Shown here one piece after another: positions 1-8,446 of a stretch of 64,000 nt of DNA; the stretch's first letter is position 1, and each line of letters starts with the position of its first letter. The notes under the pieces are model-generated. The model saw only the letters and a program-made list of their open reading frames with translations. It did no database searches and had not been told where the DNA came from. Source of the DNA: a candidate division TM6 bacterium SOIL31. Lineage in GTDB: Bacteria; Babelota; Babeliae; Babelales; Vermiphilaceae. The stretch covers positions 22,066 to 86,065 of the forward strand of contig LDIY01000042.1 of assembly GCA_001468865.1 (NCBI GenBank), read 5' to 3'. Both the position numbers and the translations under genes were made by a program.

Positions 1-1427
1 CCGTCATTATCACCGATGAAAGCTTTGAAGAAGCACTATTCGATTGGTCACGCACCTTCGCTCAAGCAATGGATATCGCGCATAAAAAACATTATGCCAT
101 TACTGATCCCAAAGAAAATATGATTAAAGCAATTGATGGCTTTATCAATTCCCTCGATGCCCATTCCAATTTCTTAGATCCAAAAACATATCATGAAATG
201 CTGGAAATGACCTCTGGTGAATTTTTCGGTGTCGGCATTGTCATTGATAATATGAGAAAAAATAAAGATAAACATCTTACAATAGTCGATACCATTCCCG
301 ATGGCCCTGCTGATAAAGTGGGCATTCAACCGATGGATAAAATAGTAGAAGTTGATGGCCAACTCCTTGAGGGCCTTACCACTGAAAAAATAATCTCTCT
401 ACTCAAAGGTGAACGGCATACCACGGTTAAAGTAAAAGTTATGCGGGAAAATAGCCCTGATTTACTCTCTTTTGATATTGTACGCGATGTGGTTAAAGAA
501 CAACACTCACTCAGTTTTCATATCAAAAGTCACAACATTTCTTATATTTCACTCAGCATGTTCACCGATGCAGCAGTCAAACAAATTGAAGCTTTGCTCA
601 AAAAATCCCAGGAGCAAAATCATAAAGGATTAATTCTTGATTTGCGTAATAATTCAGGAGGATTGCTGAGTGCAGCAATTGATATCGCCGGGCTTTTTGT
701 CAGAAAAGGAAGTCTCGTTACGCTTACTAAAGACAAAAATGCACAAGAAATTGAAAGATACACTACCAAAAGAGATCCTGTCATCAAAAATACACTGCCT
801 ATCTTTATTTTGATCAATAATTATACTGCGTCTGCCGGAGAAATTCTTGCCGGCTGCCTGCAGATCAATTCTGATACAACGAATGATTACCAAGTATTTT
901 TAGTGGGCACCAAAACATTCGGCAAAGGATCAGTACAAGAAGTTATTCCGATAAGCAATAATTGCGCACTCAAAATAACCACGTGTCTTTATTTTTTACC
1001 TGATGATACCACCATTCAAGGAAGCGGTATTGAACCGGATTTTGTGATTGAACGCACCACACCACCATCCGAACAGGTGCAATGGTTTACCAAAAATTAT
1101 GGCCGAGAAGAAACGCTTGATAATTATATAAAAGTTACTAAAGATGGCAGACCTTTGCCAAAAGAAAAACCTACAAAGTCCGAGAAAGATAAAAAAAATA
1201 ACAAACATGATTCAGACAAAAAAGAAGGAAATCGTCGCCAAGATCGTGCCAAGGAAATGCTTCAAAATGATAATCAACTGCGTGATTGTATTTCTTTGAT
1301 TAGCACGTTGCACACAGCACAAACTTACACTCCTGATTTAGTAAAAACGCGCGCGGATGCGTTGGCATATCTTAAACAGAATCATATCAGTACCGATAAA
1401 CTCGAAATTGAGGAGGTTAAGATATAA
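1..1427 (+). CDS. ctp: C-terminal processing (tail-specific) peptidase, S41 family; 5' end outside window
   Basis: Frame is open from nt 3 to the listed ATG at 69, with no stop. PDZ-like GPADKVGIQPMDKIVEVDG. S41 motifs LILDLRNNSGG and TFGKGSVQE. Confidence 0.9.
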   Translation, partial: VIITDESFEEALFDWSRTFAQAMDIAHKKHYAITDPKENMIKAIDGFINSLDAHSNFLDPKTYHEMLEMTSGEFFGVGIVIDNMRKNKDKHLTIVDTIPDGPADKVGIQPMDKIVEVDGQLLEGLTTEKIISLLKGERHTTVKVKVMRENSPDLLSFDIVRDVVKEQHSLSFHIKSHNISYISLSMFTDAAVKQIEALLKKSQEQNHKGLILDLRNNSGGLLSAAIDIAGLFVRKGSLVTLTKDKNAQEIERYTTKRDPVIKNTLPIFILINNYTASAGEILAGCLQINSDTTNDYQVFLVGTKTFGKGSVQEVIPISNNCALKITTCLYFLPDDTTIQGSGIEPDFVIERTTPPSEQVQWFTKNYGREETLDNYIKVTKDGRPLPKEKPTKSEKDKKNNKHDSDKKEGNRRQDRAKEMLQNDNQLRDCISLISTLHTAQTYTPDLVKTRADALAYLKQNHISTDKLEIEEVKI

Positions 1428-1428
1428 C

Positions 1429-2187
1429 ATGGAAAGCATTATAAAATACACACTTCTTGCGCTATTTTTTTTCTCAAAAATTTCGGCAGATATCATAGAA
1501 AGTGATAAACTTGAAACAGTTCTTAATTATCTCGATACACCAAATACGCTCGTTATTTTTGATATTGATAATACACTAGCCCGCACCATAACAGAACTTG
1601 GCAGTGATGAATGGTTTTGTGATTTAGTGGATAAAAAGATGGCCGAAGGCCATGATTATATTACCTCTATTTACTATGCATTGCCTGCCACTTTTTATGC
1701 ACAATTTAATATTGGCTTACGGCCTACCGAAGAAGTAGCTGCAGAGCTGATAGCAAATTTAATTGATCAAAAAATCCCCGTAATGGCTCTGACCACCCGA
1801 AGCATTTTTGTAACAGAAAGAACGATGGAGCAGTTGGAAAATATCGGTATTTCATTTCTTATTCCAAGCATAAGCCAAGAAGACTTAGTTCTGCAGATGC
1901 CACATCCCTGTTTTTATCGACAAAGCATTTTATTTGGCGGCAACAATGATAAAGGAGAAGCACTGATTACGTTTTTCCATTGGATGAATTATTTTCCCAC
2001 AAGAGTCGTATTCATTGATGATAAGATGAAATATCTTTTGGCTGTTGAGAAAGCGTTAAAACACTATAATATAGAATTTGTTGGCATTCGGTACGCAGGA
2101 TGCGATGAATGCGTAAAAAATTTCGATGCTACCAAAGCTGAAGAACAGTGGAATAGGTTGCGACATAAAAAGGAACAGTACTCATGA
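1429..2187 (+). CDS. Secreted HAD-superfamily hydrolase-like protein
   Basis: ATG 1429 preceded by AGGAGG (1411-1416). Hydrophobic N-terminus. HAD motif I LVIFDIDNTLAR and late motif VVFIDDK. Confidence 0.7.
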   Translation: MESIIKYTLLALFFFSKISADIIESDKLETVLNYLDTPNTLVIFDIDNTLARTITELGSDEWFCDLVDKKMAEGHDYITSIYYALPATFYAQFNIGLRPTEEVAAELIANLIDQKIPVMALTTRSIFVTERTMEQLENIGISFLIPSISQEDLVLQMPHPCFYRQSILFGGNNDKGEALITFFHWMNYFPTRVVFIDDKMKYLLAVEKALKHYNIEFVGIRYAGCDECVKNFDATKAEEQWNRLRHKKEQYS

Positions 2188-2621
2188 ATAAAATTATAAA
2201 AAAGATCATAGTATTATGCTTGACCATGTGCTCCACAATCACCTTACGCACACACTGCATGCTCGCACAAATGCTCGCGGGAAAACAGAAATTCGGCAGA
2301 CATCCTCAGACTTTATTGCGCAAAAAAGTCGTTTTATCCCAATCCCGATTCCGCTTGCTATTTCGTCAACACCGATTTTATAATGCGGGCGTAGAAGTAA
2401 CTAATGCTCAGATTTTACTTGCGGTAGAAGAAACTAATCGTAAAATGGATGCCATTTTAAATGAAATCAGAAAACAATCTTTGCAAACACCAGTAATCAC
2501 CCCTGTCACCACAATGGCACGCAATGAAGCAGATTATAACTATAAACCCAACAATCGGCAACCAAATGAACCAAGTGAACCTGATTTATCGCAGTATAAT
2601 ATGCATTATGGCAATAGATAA
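2184..2621 (+). CDS. Small exported basic protein (leader-Met family)
   Basis: 4-nt overlap with the upstream gene. Leader ...LRTHCM followed by basic stretch LAGKQKFGRHPQTLLRKK. Resembles the 6534-8429 array proteins. Confidence 0.6.
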   Translation: MNKIIKKIIVLCLTMCSTITLRTHCMLAQMLAGKQKFGRHPQTLLRKKVVLSQSRFRLLFRQHRFYNAGVEVTNAQILLAVEETNRKMDAILNEIRKQSLQTPVITPVTTMARNEADYNYKPNNRQPNEPSEPDLSQYNMHYGNR

Positions 2622-2645
2622 CAACCACAACATATAGGCATCTTG

Positions 2646-3065
2646 ATGAACATTTACACGCTTGGCATCTTGGAACACAACGCAAAACTTTTACTTTTGC
2701 TTCGGCAAAATACAAAGTTCTTTAGCGGATATTATGGATTGATGGGTGGCAAAATTGAAGAAGATGAATCGCCTTCTGCAGCACTTATTCGTGAAACCTA
2801 TGAAGAAATAGGTATTAAAATCACAGCAGAAAATCTGCACTTTGTGCATTGTCTTTCATTCAAAAATGAAACGAATGATAAAGTTTTGGCATTAGTTTTT
2901 AAAATCATCAGCTGGCATGGTGAAACGGTAAATAAAGAACCAGACAAGTGCGCTGCACTTGCCTGGTTCTTTTATGATAATCTACCGGAAAATATTATTC
3001 CCCGTCATCGATTAATTCTTGATCACGTGAGACAATCTGAAATGTATTCTGAATGTGGTTGGTAA
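2646..3065 (+). CDS. NUDIX hydrolase
   Basis: Nudix box GGKIEEDESPSAALIRETYEEIGI. ATG at 2646 lies just inside the TTG-started ORF. Confidence 0.85.
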   Translation: MNIYTLGILEHNAKLLLLLRQNTKFFSGYYGLMGGKIEEDESPSAALIRETYEEIGIKITAENLHFVHCLSFKNETNDKVLALVFKIISWHGETVNKEPDKCAALAWFFYDNLPENIIPRHRLILDHVRQSEMYSECGW

Positions 3066-3077
3066 AGAATTATGCAA

Positions 3078-4181
3078 CTAAAGTATAGTGCATTGCTCTG
3101 CTGGCTTAACTAAATATTGTTGTCTTTTTTGTTCGAATGTTTTCTGTGCTTGTTCTTTTTTATTTAGTACACCTGTCATAATCCATGATTTTCCCACATT
3201 AAGCACATCTTCTCTATTATCTTTATATCCTATTGAATTGGTAATATATGAAAGAGTACTGTTTTTTGATGCATTTGAATCAGTACACGATAACAACGTA
3301 TCTGCAGTCTTTTCTTGCGCAGCAACTAATATTTTAAATTCTTCAGAATCACCATATTTTGGAATTCGATCAACTAAAGTAACACTATTTTTCTCGAACT
3401 CTTTTGCCTCTTGTTGCAACACAGATTGTCGATGATTAAATTCTTCTACTTTTGTAGAAGTCGGAAACCAAATTGCTTTTTTTATTTCATTTACGAGAAT
3501 CTCACTTTTATGTCGGATTTGATCTGAATCCTCTTTAAGTACCGCCACCGCATACTGGTGTACATCTCTTTCGAGCCCATGTTGCTCAACAAGATGTATA
3601 TGCTCATGCCCAAGCGCATGTTTTTGTACAAAAAGAGGTGCTCTATTTCTGAGCAAAGAAGAAATTCCCAGGTACATACCCGATATTGGCGCATTGGTCT
3701 GCATAGGATTAACTCGAGCATACGCAAGATTTCCGGGAATTTCGTCGATTCCTATATGAAAACTATGAGGGTTAGTTCCTTCTCGCGCACATTCTTCTTT
3801 TACAATGTTATATATGGGGTGAGAAGTTATTTCTGGATGGTGAATCGTATTAAAATTATTGCCCGGTTGATACAAAGCCTTTTTATTTCCTGCTTTATCA
3901 GTATCTTTTTTTGCTCTAATTTTTTGCCACATTCCATCGCTCAATCCCCAGAATTTCTTAACGCCCTCTTGCGCGGCCTTTTCGTTATCGTGTAAATAAG
4001 TTACCATATTTCCACGGTAATTTTTGAGCGCAACCTGTCCAATGGTTGATGGCGTAAAAAGAACACCCCACGAAGGCATTTGTGGCTTTTTCGGTTCATT
4101 TTCAGAGCCCATCATTGCAATAGAAACAGCCGATAAGGCAAATGCAGCGACAATGCTGCCTAAACGTACTTTTTTCATCAT
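3078..4181 (-). CDS. Exported protein with a single HExxH motif (putative Zn-metallopeptidase)
   Basis: GGGGGA RBS before ATG 4181. Signal-like leader ending SIAMM. Motif ALGHEHIHLVEQHG. Confidence 0.5.
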   Translation of the reverse strand: MMKKVRLGSIVAAFALSAVSIAMMGSENEPKKPQMPSWGVLFTPSTIGQVALKNYRGNMVTYLHDNEKAAQEGVKKFWGLSDGMWQKIRAKKDTDKAGNKKALYQPGNNFNTIHHPEITSHPIYNIVKEECAREGTNPHSFHIGIDEIPGNLAYARVNPMQTNAPISGMYLGISSLLRNRAPLFVQKHALGHEHIHLVEQHGLERDVHQYAVAVLKEDSDQIRHKSEILVNEIKKAIWFPTSTKVEEFNHRQSVLQQEAKEFEKNSVTLVDRIPKYGDSEEFKILVAAQEKTADTLLSCTDSNASKNSTLSYITNSIGYKDNREDVLNVGKSWIMTGVLNKKEQAQKTFEQKRQQYLVKPAEQCTIL

Positions 4182-4453
4182 ATGATCCCCCTATTAAAAA
4201 CTGAGAAATAGTCTTATTATCAGCCTAACAAAACTATTCAAATTGTCAATTCGGCCATAGATTGTGCCTATTTAAGGCATATTTTCGGGGACCACGATCA
4301 CACAAGAAGAAAGATAATGGATTAAAACTGACTCGTGGAATTGGCAAATCAACCTTGGGAAAAAAGGATATTTTGAGTTCAGAGATAGGTTCTATCTTCG
4401 ACTTTCTACGTTTTTTATACTATGTTGTCTTCAAAAAAACACGAAAGCCATCA

Positions 4454-5437
4454 ATGAAGTACACCAAGATAATTCACATCTTTCTCATAAATCTGTTTTT
4501 ATGCATAGCAAGCATCAAATCGGAAGGATTTATTTCTAACACTTTAATTAAAACTCCTTCAGGATATAGCACTGTCGATGCTCTTTTACTCGGCGATACA
4601 ATTGTAAGCCCTTCGGCCGATATCATACCGATTGCCCGAGTCAATCAATGCCGTTATACTTCTTGCATAAAAATCACCATGGAAGATATTTGCCTTCATT
4701 GTGCACCAGATCAAAAGTTATATTCGTATAATTATCAACAATGGATATGCGCTCAAGATTTAAAATCTACTGACTTTTTGATTGATTACCAAAAAAATCC
4801 TGTAGCTATTGATACAATCGAAATTATTAAACAAGAGTGTCTTTTCTATGCTCTTTCTTTAGATACAAACCATACCTTCTGTGTATCACCCCTTGATATT
4901 GTTGCTCACAACGCCGCCCCTATTATGGTTGTTATGGTTATAGAAACTATCGCAGAGATAGCTCCGATTATCAAAACAGGCCTTACTATTGGTGCAACGC
5001 TTCTTAGAGCTCATTTTGCAAAGAAGAGAGCTCATAAGAAATTTTCTTCAAATGCACACAATGATGTTCCATCTAATAATTATAGTTATAACTCACCAGA
5101 TCCCAATGATCCAAATAATAACCAAAACAAAGAGCATCCTCATGGCATTTATAAAGATGCTCCATATCATCACAAAAATTCGCGTCGCAAAAGCAAATGT
5201 CCTAATAATGGACAACACTGTCTTGATTATTCGCTACCAACAAAGACTAAGCAAAGAATTGCTATAGAAGGAGATTCTTTCGTAGTTCTTCATTATACAC
5301 GTCAAGGCGAATATCATGGATTTAAAGTGGATTGGAACAATTTGCATGATTCATTAAGAAGAATTCTAATTGAACATGGTTTTGTAAAAGAAACTGGAAA
5401 AATAATTAAACACATAACTGAAAAATGGCCTTCATGA
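4454..5437 (+). CDS. Hint-domain protein with C-terminal toxin-like module (polymorphic-toxin-like)
   Basis: ATG 4454 gives the leader MKYTKIIHIFLINLFLCIASIKS. Hint blocks: GFISNTLIKTPSGYSTVDALLLGDTIV, QWICAQDLKSTDFLI, FYALSLDTNHTFCVSPLDIVAHN. These are followed by a hydrophobic segment, an N/P-rich linker and a ~100-aa basic C-terminal domain (HGIYKDAPYHHKN...KSKCPNNGQHCLDYS...GEYHGFKVDW). Confidence 0.65.
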   Translation: MKYTKIIHIFLINLFLCIASIKSEGFISNTLIKTPSGYSTVDALLLGDTIVSPSADIIPIARVNQCRYTSCIKITMEDICLHCAPDQKLYSYNYQQWICAQDLKSTDFLIDYQKNPVAIDTIEIIKQECLFYALSLDTNHTFCVSPLDIVAHNAAPIMVVMVIETIAEIAPIIKTGLTIGATLLRAHFAKKRAHKKFSSNAHNDVPSNNYSYNSPDPNDPNNNQNKEHPHGIYKDAPYHHKNSRRKSKCPNNGQHCLDYSLPTKTKQRIAIEGDSFVVLHYTRQGEYHGFKVDWNNLHDSLRRILIEHGFVKETGKIIKHITEKWPS

Positions 5438-6063
5438 AAAAATCAACACATTGGATAAACTTTTCGATCGATAAACATACGAAAATATCTATTCCCTTAG
5501 AAGACCCTATTGAATATCTTGGTCCTGCGTACCAAGAAAATATTCTATTATTTTATAATAAGCACAAAATTGTACTTTCTGATTCTACAATCTATCACGA
5601 TATGATGGAATTAGCTAAGTCTCTAAAAAAGGCGCTTAACCAAGAACTTATTTTGCATTCTTCTATCATAAAAGATATCGGCTATCTTTATAACGAGTAT
5701 CATTATGACGATGCAAATTTTACAAAGCATACATTTTCGAACGGATTTATTGGTTGGGTAGGATGCCTAAATCATCTTTGGGAATCTCTTTCTCATTTTA
5801 ATTCCTGGATATACAATGCTCCGGATGGTTCAATCATTTTTGAAGTTACACTGCTTTATCCTTATATGTACTGCGAACCCGAAGAAGAACCTGATTATAT
5901 CTCCTATGAAGAATGGATTAAAACATATAAACCATATTTTATTACAACAATATCAAAAGAAACTGCTCTGCAATGGCTTGAGCAAGCAGAGCGTATTATA
6001 AAAATAGTTGAAGACAACCAAAAAAGATGGGATAGCATGCCCAAAGAAGACGTGGAGAGTTAA
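5434..6063 (+). CDS. Candidate cognate immunity protein (hypothetical, acidic, cytoplasmic)
   Basis: ATG 5434 overlaps the upstream stop as ATGA (an alternative ATG is at 5425). No signal peptide. Call rests on position immediately 3' of the toxin-like gene. Confidence 0.45.
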   Translation: MKKSTHWINFSIDKHTKISIPLEDPIEYLGPAYQENILLFYNKHKIVLSDSTIYHDMMELAKSLKKALNQELILHSSIIKDIGYLYNEYHYDDANFTKHTFSNGFIGWVGCLNHLWESLSHFNSWIYNAPDGSIIFEVTLLYPYMYCEPEEEPDYISYEEWIKTYKPYFITTISKETALQWLEQAERIIKIVEDNQKRWDSMPKEDVES

Positions 6064-6459
6064 TTATAGAACCTCTGGATACTTTTCTGGATCTGCACGA
6101 CAATATTTTTCGCCATAACCACCTGCTGGATGCTCTGCAATGGTGACAAATGCACGATCAAAAAAACCGCCTTTATGATCGCGTTTTTCAGTCTGCCGCA
6201 CACGAACTTCATCCAAGGATATTTGGTGCAACATGCACATGGCATCAACCACTTCGAGCACATCTGCCAATTCTTCAATCAGTTGTTCTCGCGTTTGAGC
6301 TGCACATATTTCTTGAACTTCTTCCACCAGCTTAATCTTCAATTGCTTTTCATATTCAGTATCGTCAAGTTCTTTAATATGCACTATTGATCCTATTGCT
6401 CGCATCAAATCAGGAGCTTTATCTCTCCATAGCTTATTTTGCAAAAATTTATGCATCAT
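6064..6459 (-). CDS. MazG-like nucleoside triphosphate pyrophosphohydrolase
   Basis: N-terminal KLWRDKAPDLM and EELADVLEVVDAM, typical of small all-alpha MazG/HisE-type NTP-PPases. Confidence 0.75.
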   Translation of the reverse strand: MMHKFLQNKLWRDKAPDLMRAIGSIVHIKELDDTEYEKQLKIKLVEEVQEICAAQTREQLIEELADVLEVVDAMCMLHQISLDEVRVRQTEKRDHKGGFFDRAFVTIAEHPAGGYGEKYCRADPEKYPEVL

Positions 6460-6533
6460 AATTTTCCATTTCTATGACTTATGTGTTACATCTCAGTTAT
6501 AAAGAGTATATCACCATTAAAAAGGATAACATT

Positions 6534-6794
6534 ATGAAACATATCAATCATATAGTGATTATTGCGGGAATCTTACTGACATGCGCCGACACATACAGCA
6601 TGAAAGCTCTTCAAAGATTACCCAAAAACACCCATCGCAAACCAACACCAAAAAAAGTGCATTATAGATCCAATACATCAAAGAAAAAAAAGGCTGAATA
6701 TCGCAATGAATTACGGCGACTCAATAACCAACACGAAGTAATATTTAGGTATTATCAATCATCTGCGGGTCTTTTTGAAGGCGATCCTGAATAA
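6534..6794 (+). CDS. Small exported basic protein (leader-Met family, array member 1)
   Basis: ATG 6534 after AAAAGGA. Leader ...CADTYSM, then KALQRLPKNTHRKPTPKK. Confidence 0.6.
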   Translation: MKHINHIVIIAGILLTCADTYSMKALQRLPKNTHRKPTPKKVHYRSNTSKKKKAEYRNELRRLNNQHEVIFRYYQSSAGLFEGDPE

Positions 6795-6897
6795 AAAAAC
6801 TGATTTATTTTCTTGGCTATCTTTTTTGCCAACCAACAGAAAAAACGCTATAGTTAATCAACTTAAAATATAAACAATTTTTTTTATTGGTTATTTC

Positions 6898-7308
6898 ATG
6901 ACACAAACAATCAATTTAAGCTTTTTCATACTCGCATTAATGAGCAGTACTAATACGCTTGGCATGCTTGCTATTCGTGCGTGCCACCAGTCGCATCGGG
7001 TTATTACCATCCGGCAACAGCAAAGATGGTGTAACAAAATGTCTCCCCCAGCACGCATAGAATTCATTCAAGCATTTGTAAGAGCAAATTATGAGATTGA
7101 AAAAATTATGGATCGCAATCATCAAGCAATAATGATTATGCTTGAGCAAAATAGAATCGGCCAACAAATTATTACAGCTAACTTGAAATCTATCGGAAAC
7201 CTTAAAAGCAACACCAATTACTGCGAAATATACGACATGAGAGAAGGTGTCGAATTATTTGATCAATTGGAAAAACGATTAACAAAATCAGATCAATCTT
7301 TTGAATAA
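6898..7308 (+). CDS. Small exported protein (leader-Met family, array member 2)
   Basis: Leader ...STNTLGM, then LAIRACHQSHRVITIRQQQRW. Confidence 0.65.
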   Translation: MTQTINLSFFILALMSSTNTLGMLAIRACHQSHRVITIRQQQRWCNKMSPPARIEFIQAFVRANYEIEKIMDRNHQAIMIMLEQNRIGQQIITANLKSIGNLKSNTNYCEIYDMREGVELFDQLEKRLTKSDQSFE

Positions 7309-7317
7309 GGAAAAGTA

Positions 7318-8025
7318 ATGAAAAAAATAATTATTCTCGGTACTATTATCACTACGATCAGCAGCAATAATGCATTAGCAATGCTTTTACTCGGCCGCCT
7401 TAAGCAAACTCCAAAGCGACCATTAATAATAATGCAACAGCAAAGATCGACATATCCACCATCAAAAAAAATAGTCACTACCACCCCAAATATATTTAAT
7501 ACCCCTCTCAATTCTTCATCCGATGATACTATTAAAGAACTTTTGAAAGATCATAATAAGAGAAATGAGAAGCTTAAAATACTATTGGCTGCCCACAAAA
7601 AATCATCGCAACTTATTGAAGGAGATGTGGCCGAGCAAACAAGCATTATTAATAATACATTGTCTCTTGGTCAACCTGTCCCTGTTGCTGCCCTTGATGA
7701 AATAGAAAAGCGACTAAGAAATCGTATCGGCGAGCATATATCATTGGGGGGTGCCATTATACAAGAAGCTGATCGTCTTCATAAAATAGAAACAACAAGA
7801 AGCATGTCGAACGAGACAACTATATTCAATGCTCAAATAGACTCTCTCCCAAAAAACGAGGTCTATGGCTTACTAGAAGATCTTTATGACAGAAATCAAT
7901 CAATTGCTAAAGTGATAGAAACGCAGCAAAATATAGCAGTAGACCATACATTTTATGAGGTCCCTTTAAATATGGAGCGCTTGAAAGAAGCAGAGATGAC
8001 ATTAAAAGATCTGCTCAAAGAATAG
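7318..8025 (+). CDS. Exported protein (leader-Met family, array member 3)
   Basis: AAGGAAAAG before the ATG. Leader ...SNNALAM, then LLLGRLKQTPKRPLIIMQQQRS. Confidence 0.65.
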   Translation: MKKIIILGTIITTISSNNALAMLLLGRLKQTPKRPLIIMQQQRSTYPPSKKIVTTTPNIFNTPLNSSSDDTIKELLKDHNKRNEKLKILLAAHKKSSQLIEGDVAEQTSIINNTLSLGQPVPVAALDEIEKRLRNRIGEHISLGGAIIQEADRLHKIETTRSMSNETTIFNAQIDSLPKNEVYGLLEDLYDRNQSIAKVIETQQNIAVDHTFYEVPLNMERLKEAEMTLKDLLKE

Positions 8026-8036
8026 AAGGAATGTTA

Positions 8037-8429
8037 ATGAAAAAATTCATTATTTTTATTTTATTGTTATCAAGCACTCATAGTGCACTGAGCATGTTCC
8101 GCTACATTCGCTTTGCTCAAACACACCCTCGCACACAGCCTTTACGTGCAAAACTTGTTTGCACAAAACCAATCGCTCCCCCGCACAATGAAATACTTGA
8201 GTTACTTAAAACCATTAAGGAACAAAATGAGACTCTTATCACACAAAACCATCGATTTTTTGAAATACTCAGTAACGAATTTCATTTTTCTAAGATAGAT
8301 TATGAGGGAAGAAAATATCTCCGCGAATTTTACAAAAAGAATAATATTGATTTGTGTGTTGATGACAGTTATGGATATAATCCAAGAACCACTGGTTATC
8401 GAAATGATGGTTGGAACTCTCCATACTAA
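8037..8429 (+). CDS. Small exported protein (leader-Met family, array member 4)
   Basis: ATG 8037 is 6 nt after AAGGA; ATG 8031 is too close to it. Leader ...THSALSM, then FRYIRFAQTHPRTQPLRAK. Confidence 0.65.
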   Translation: MKKFIIFILLLSSTHSALSMFRYIRFAQTHPRTQPLRAKLVCTKPIAPPHNEILELLKTIKEQNETLITQNHRFFEILSNEFHFSKIDYEGRKYLREFYKKNNIDLCVDDSYGYNPRTTGYRNDGWNSPY

Positions 8430-8446
8430 TTATTTCTTAACCTTTT

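Noticed and set aside
4262-4453. TTG-initiated 64-codon N-terminal extension of the Hint-domain ORF
   Set aside because: The extension has no leader character. ATG 4454 yields a classical n-region plus hydrophobic core. The longest-ORF start is probably an artefact.
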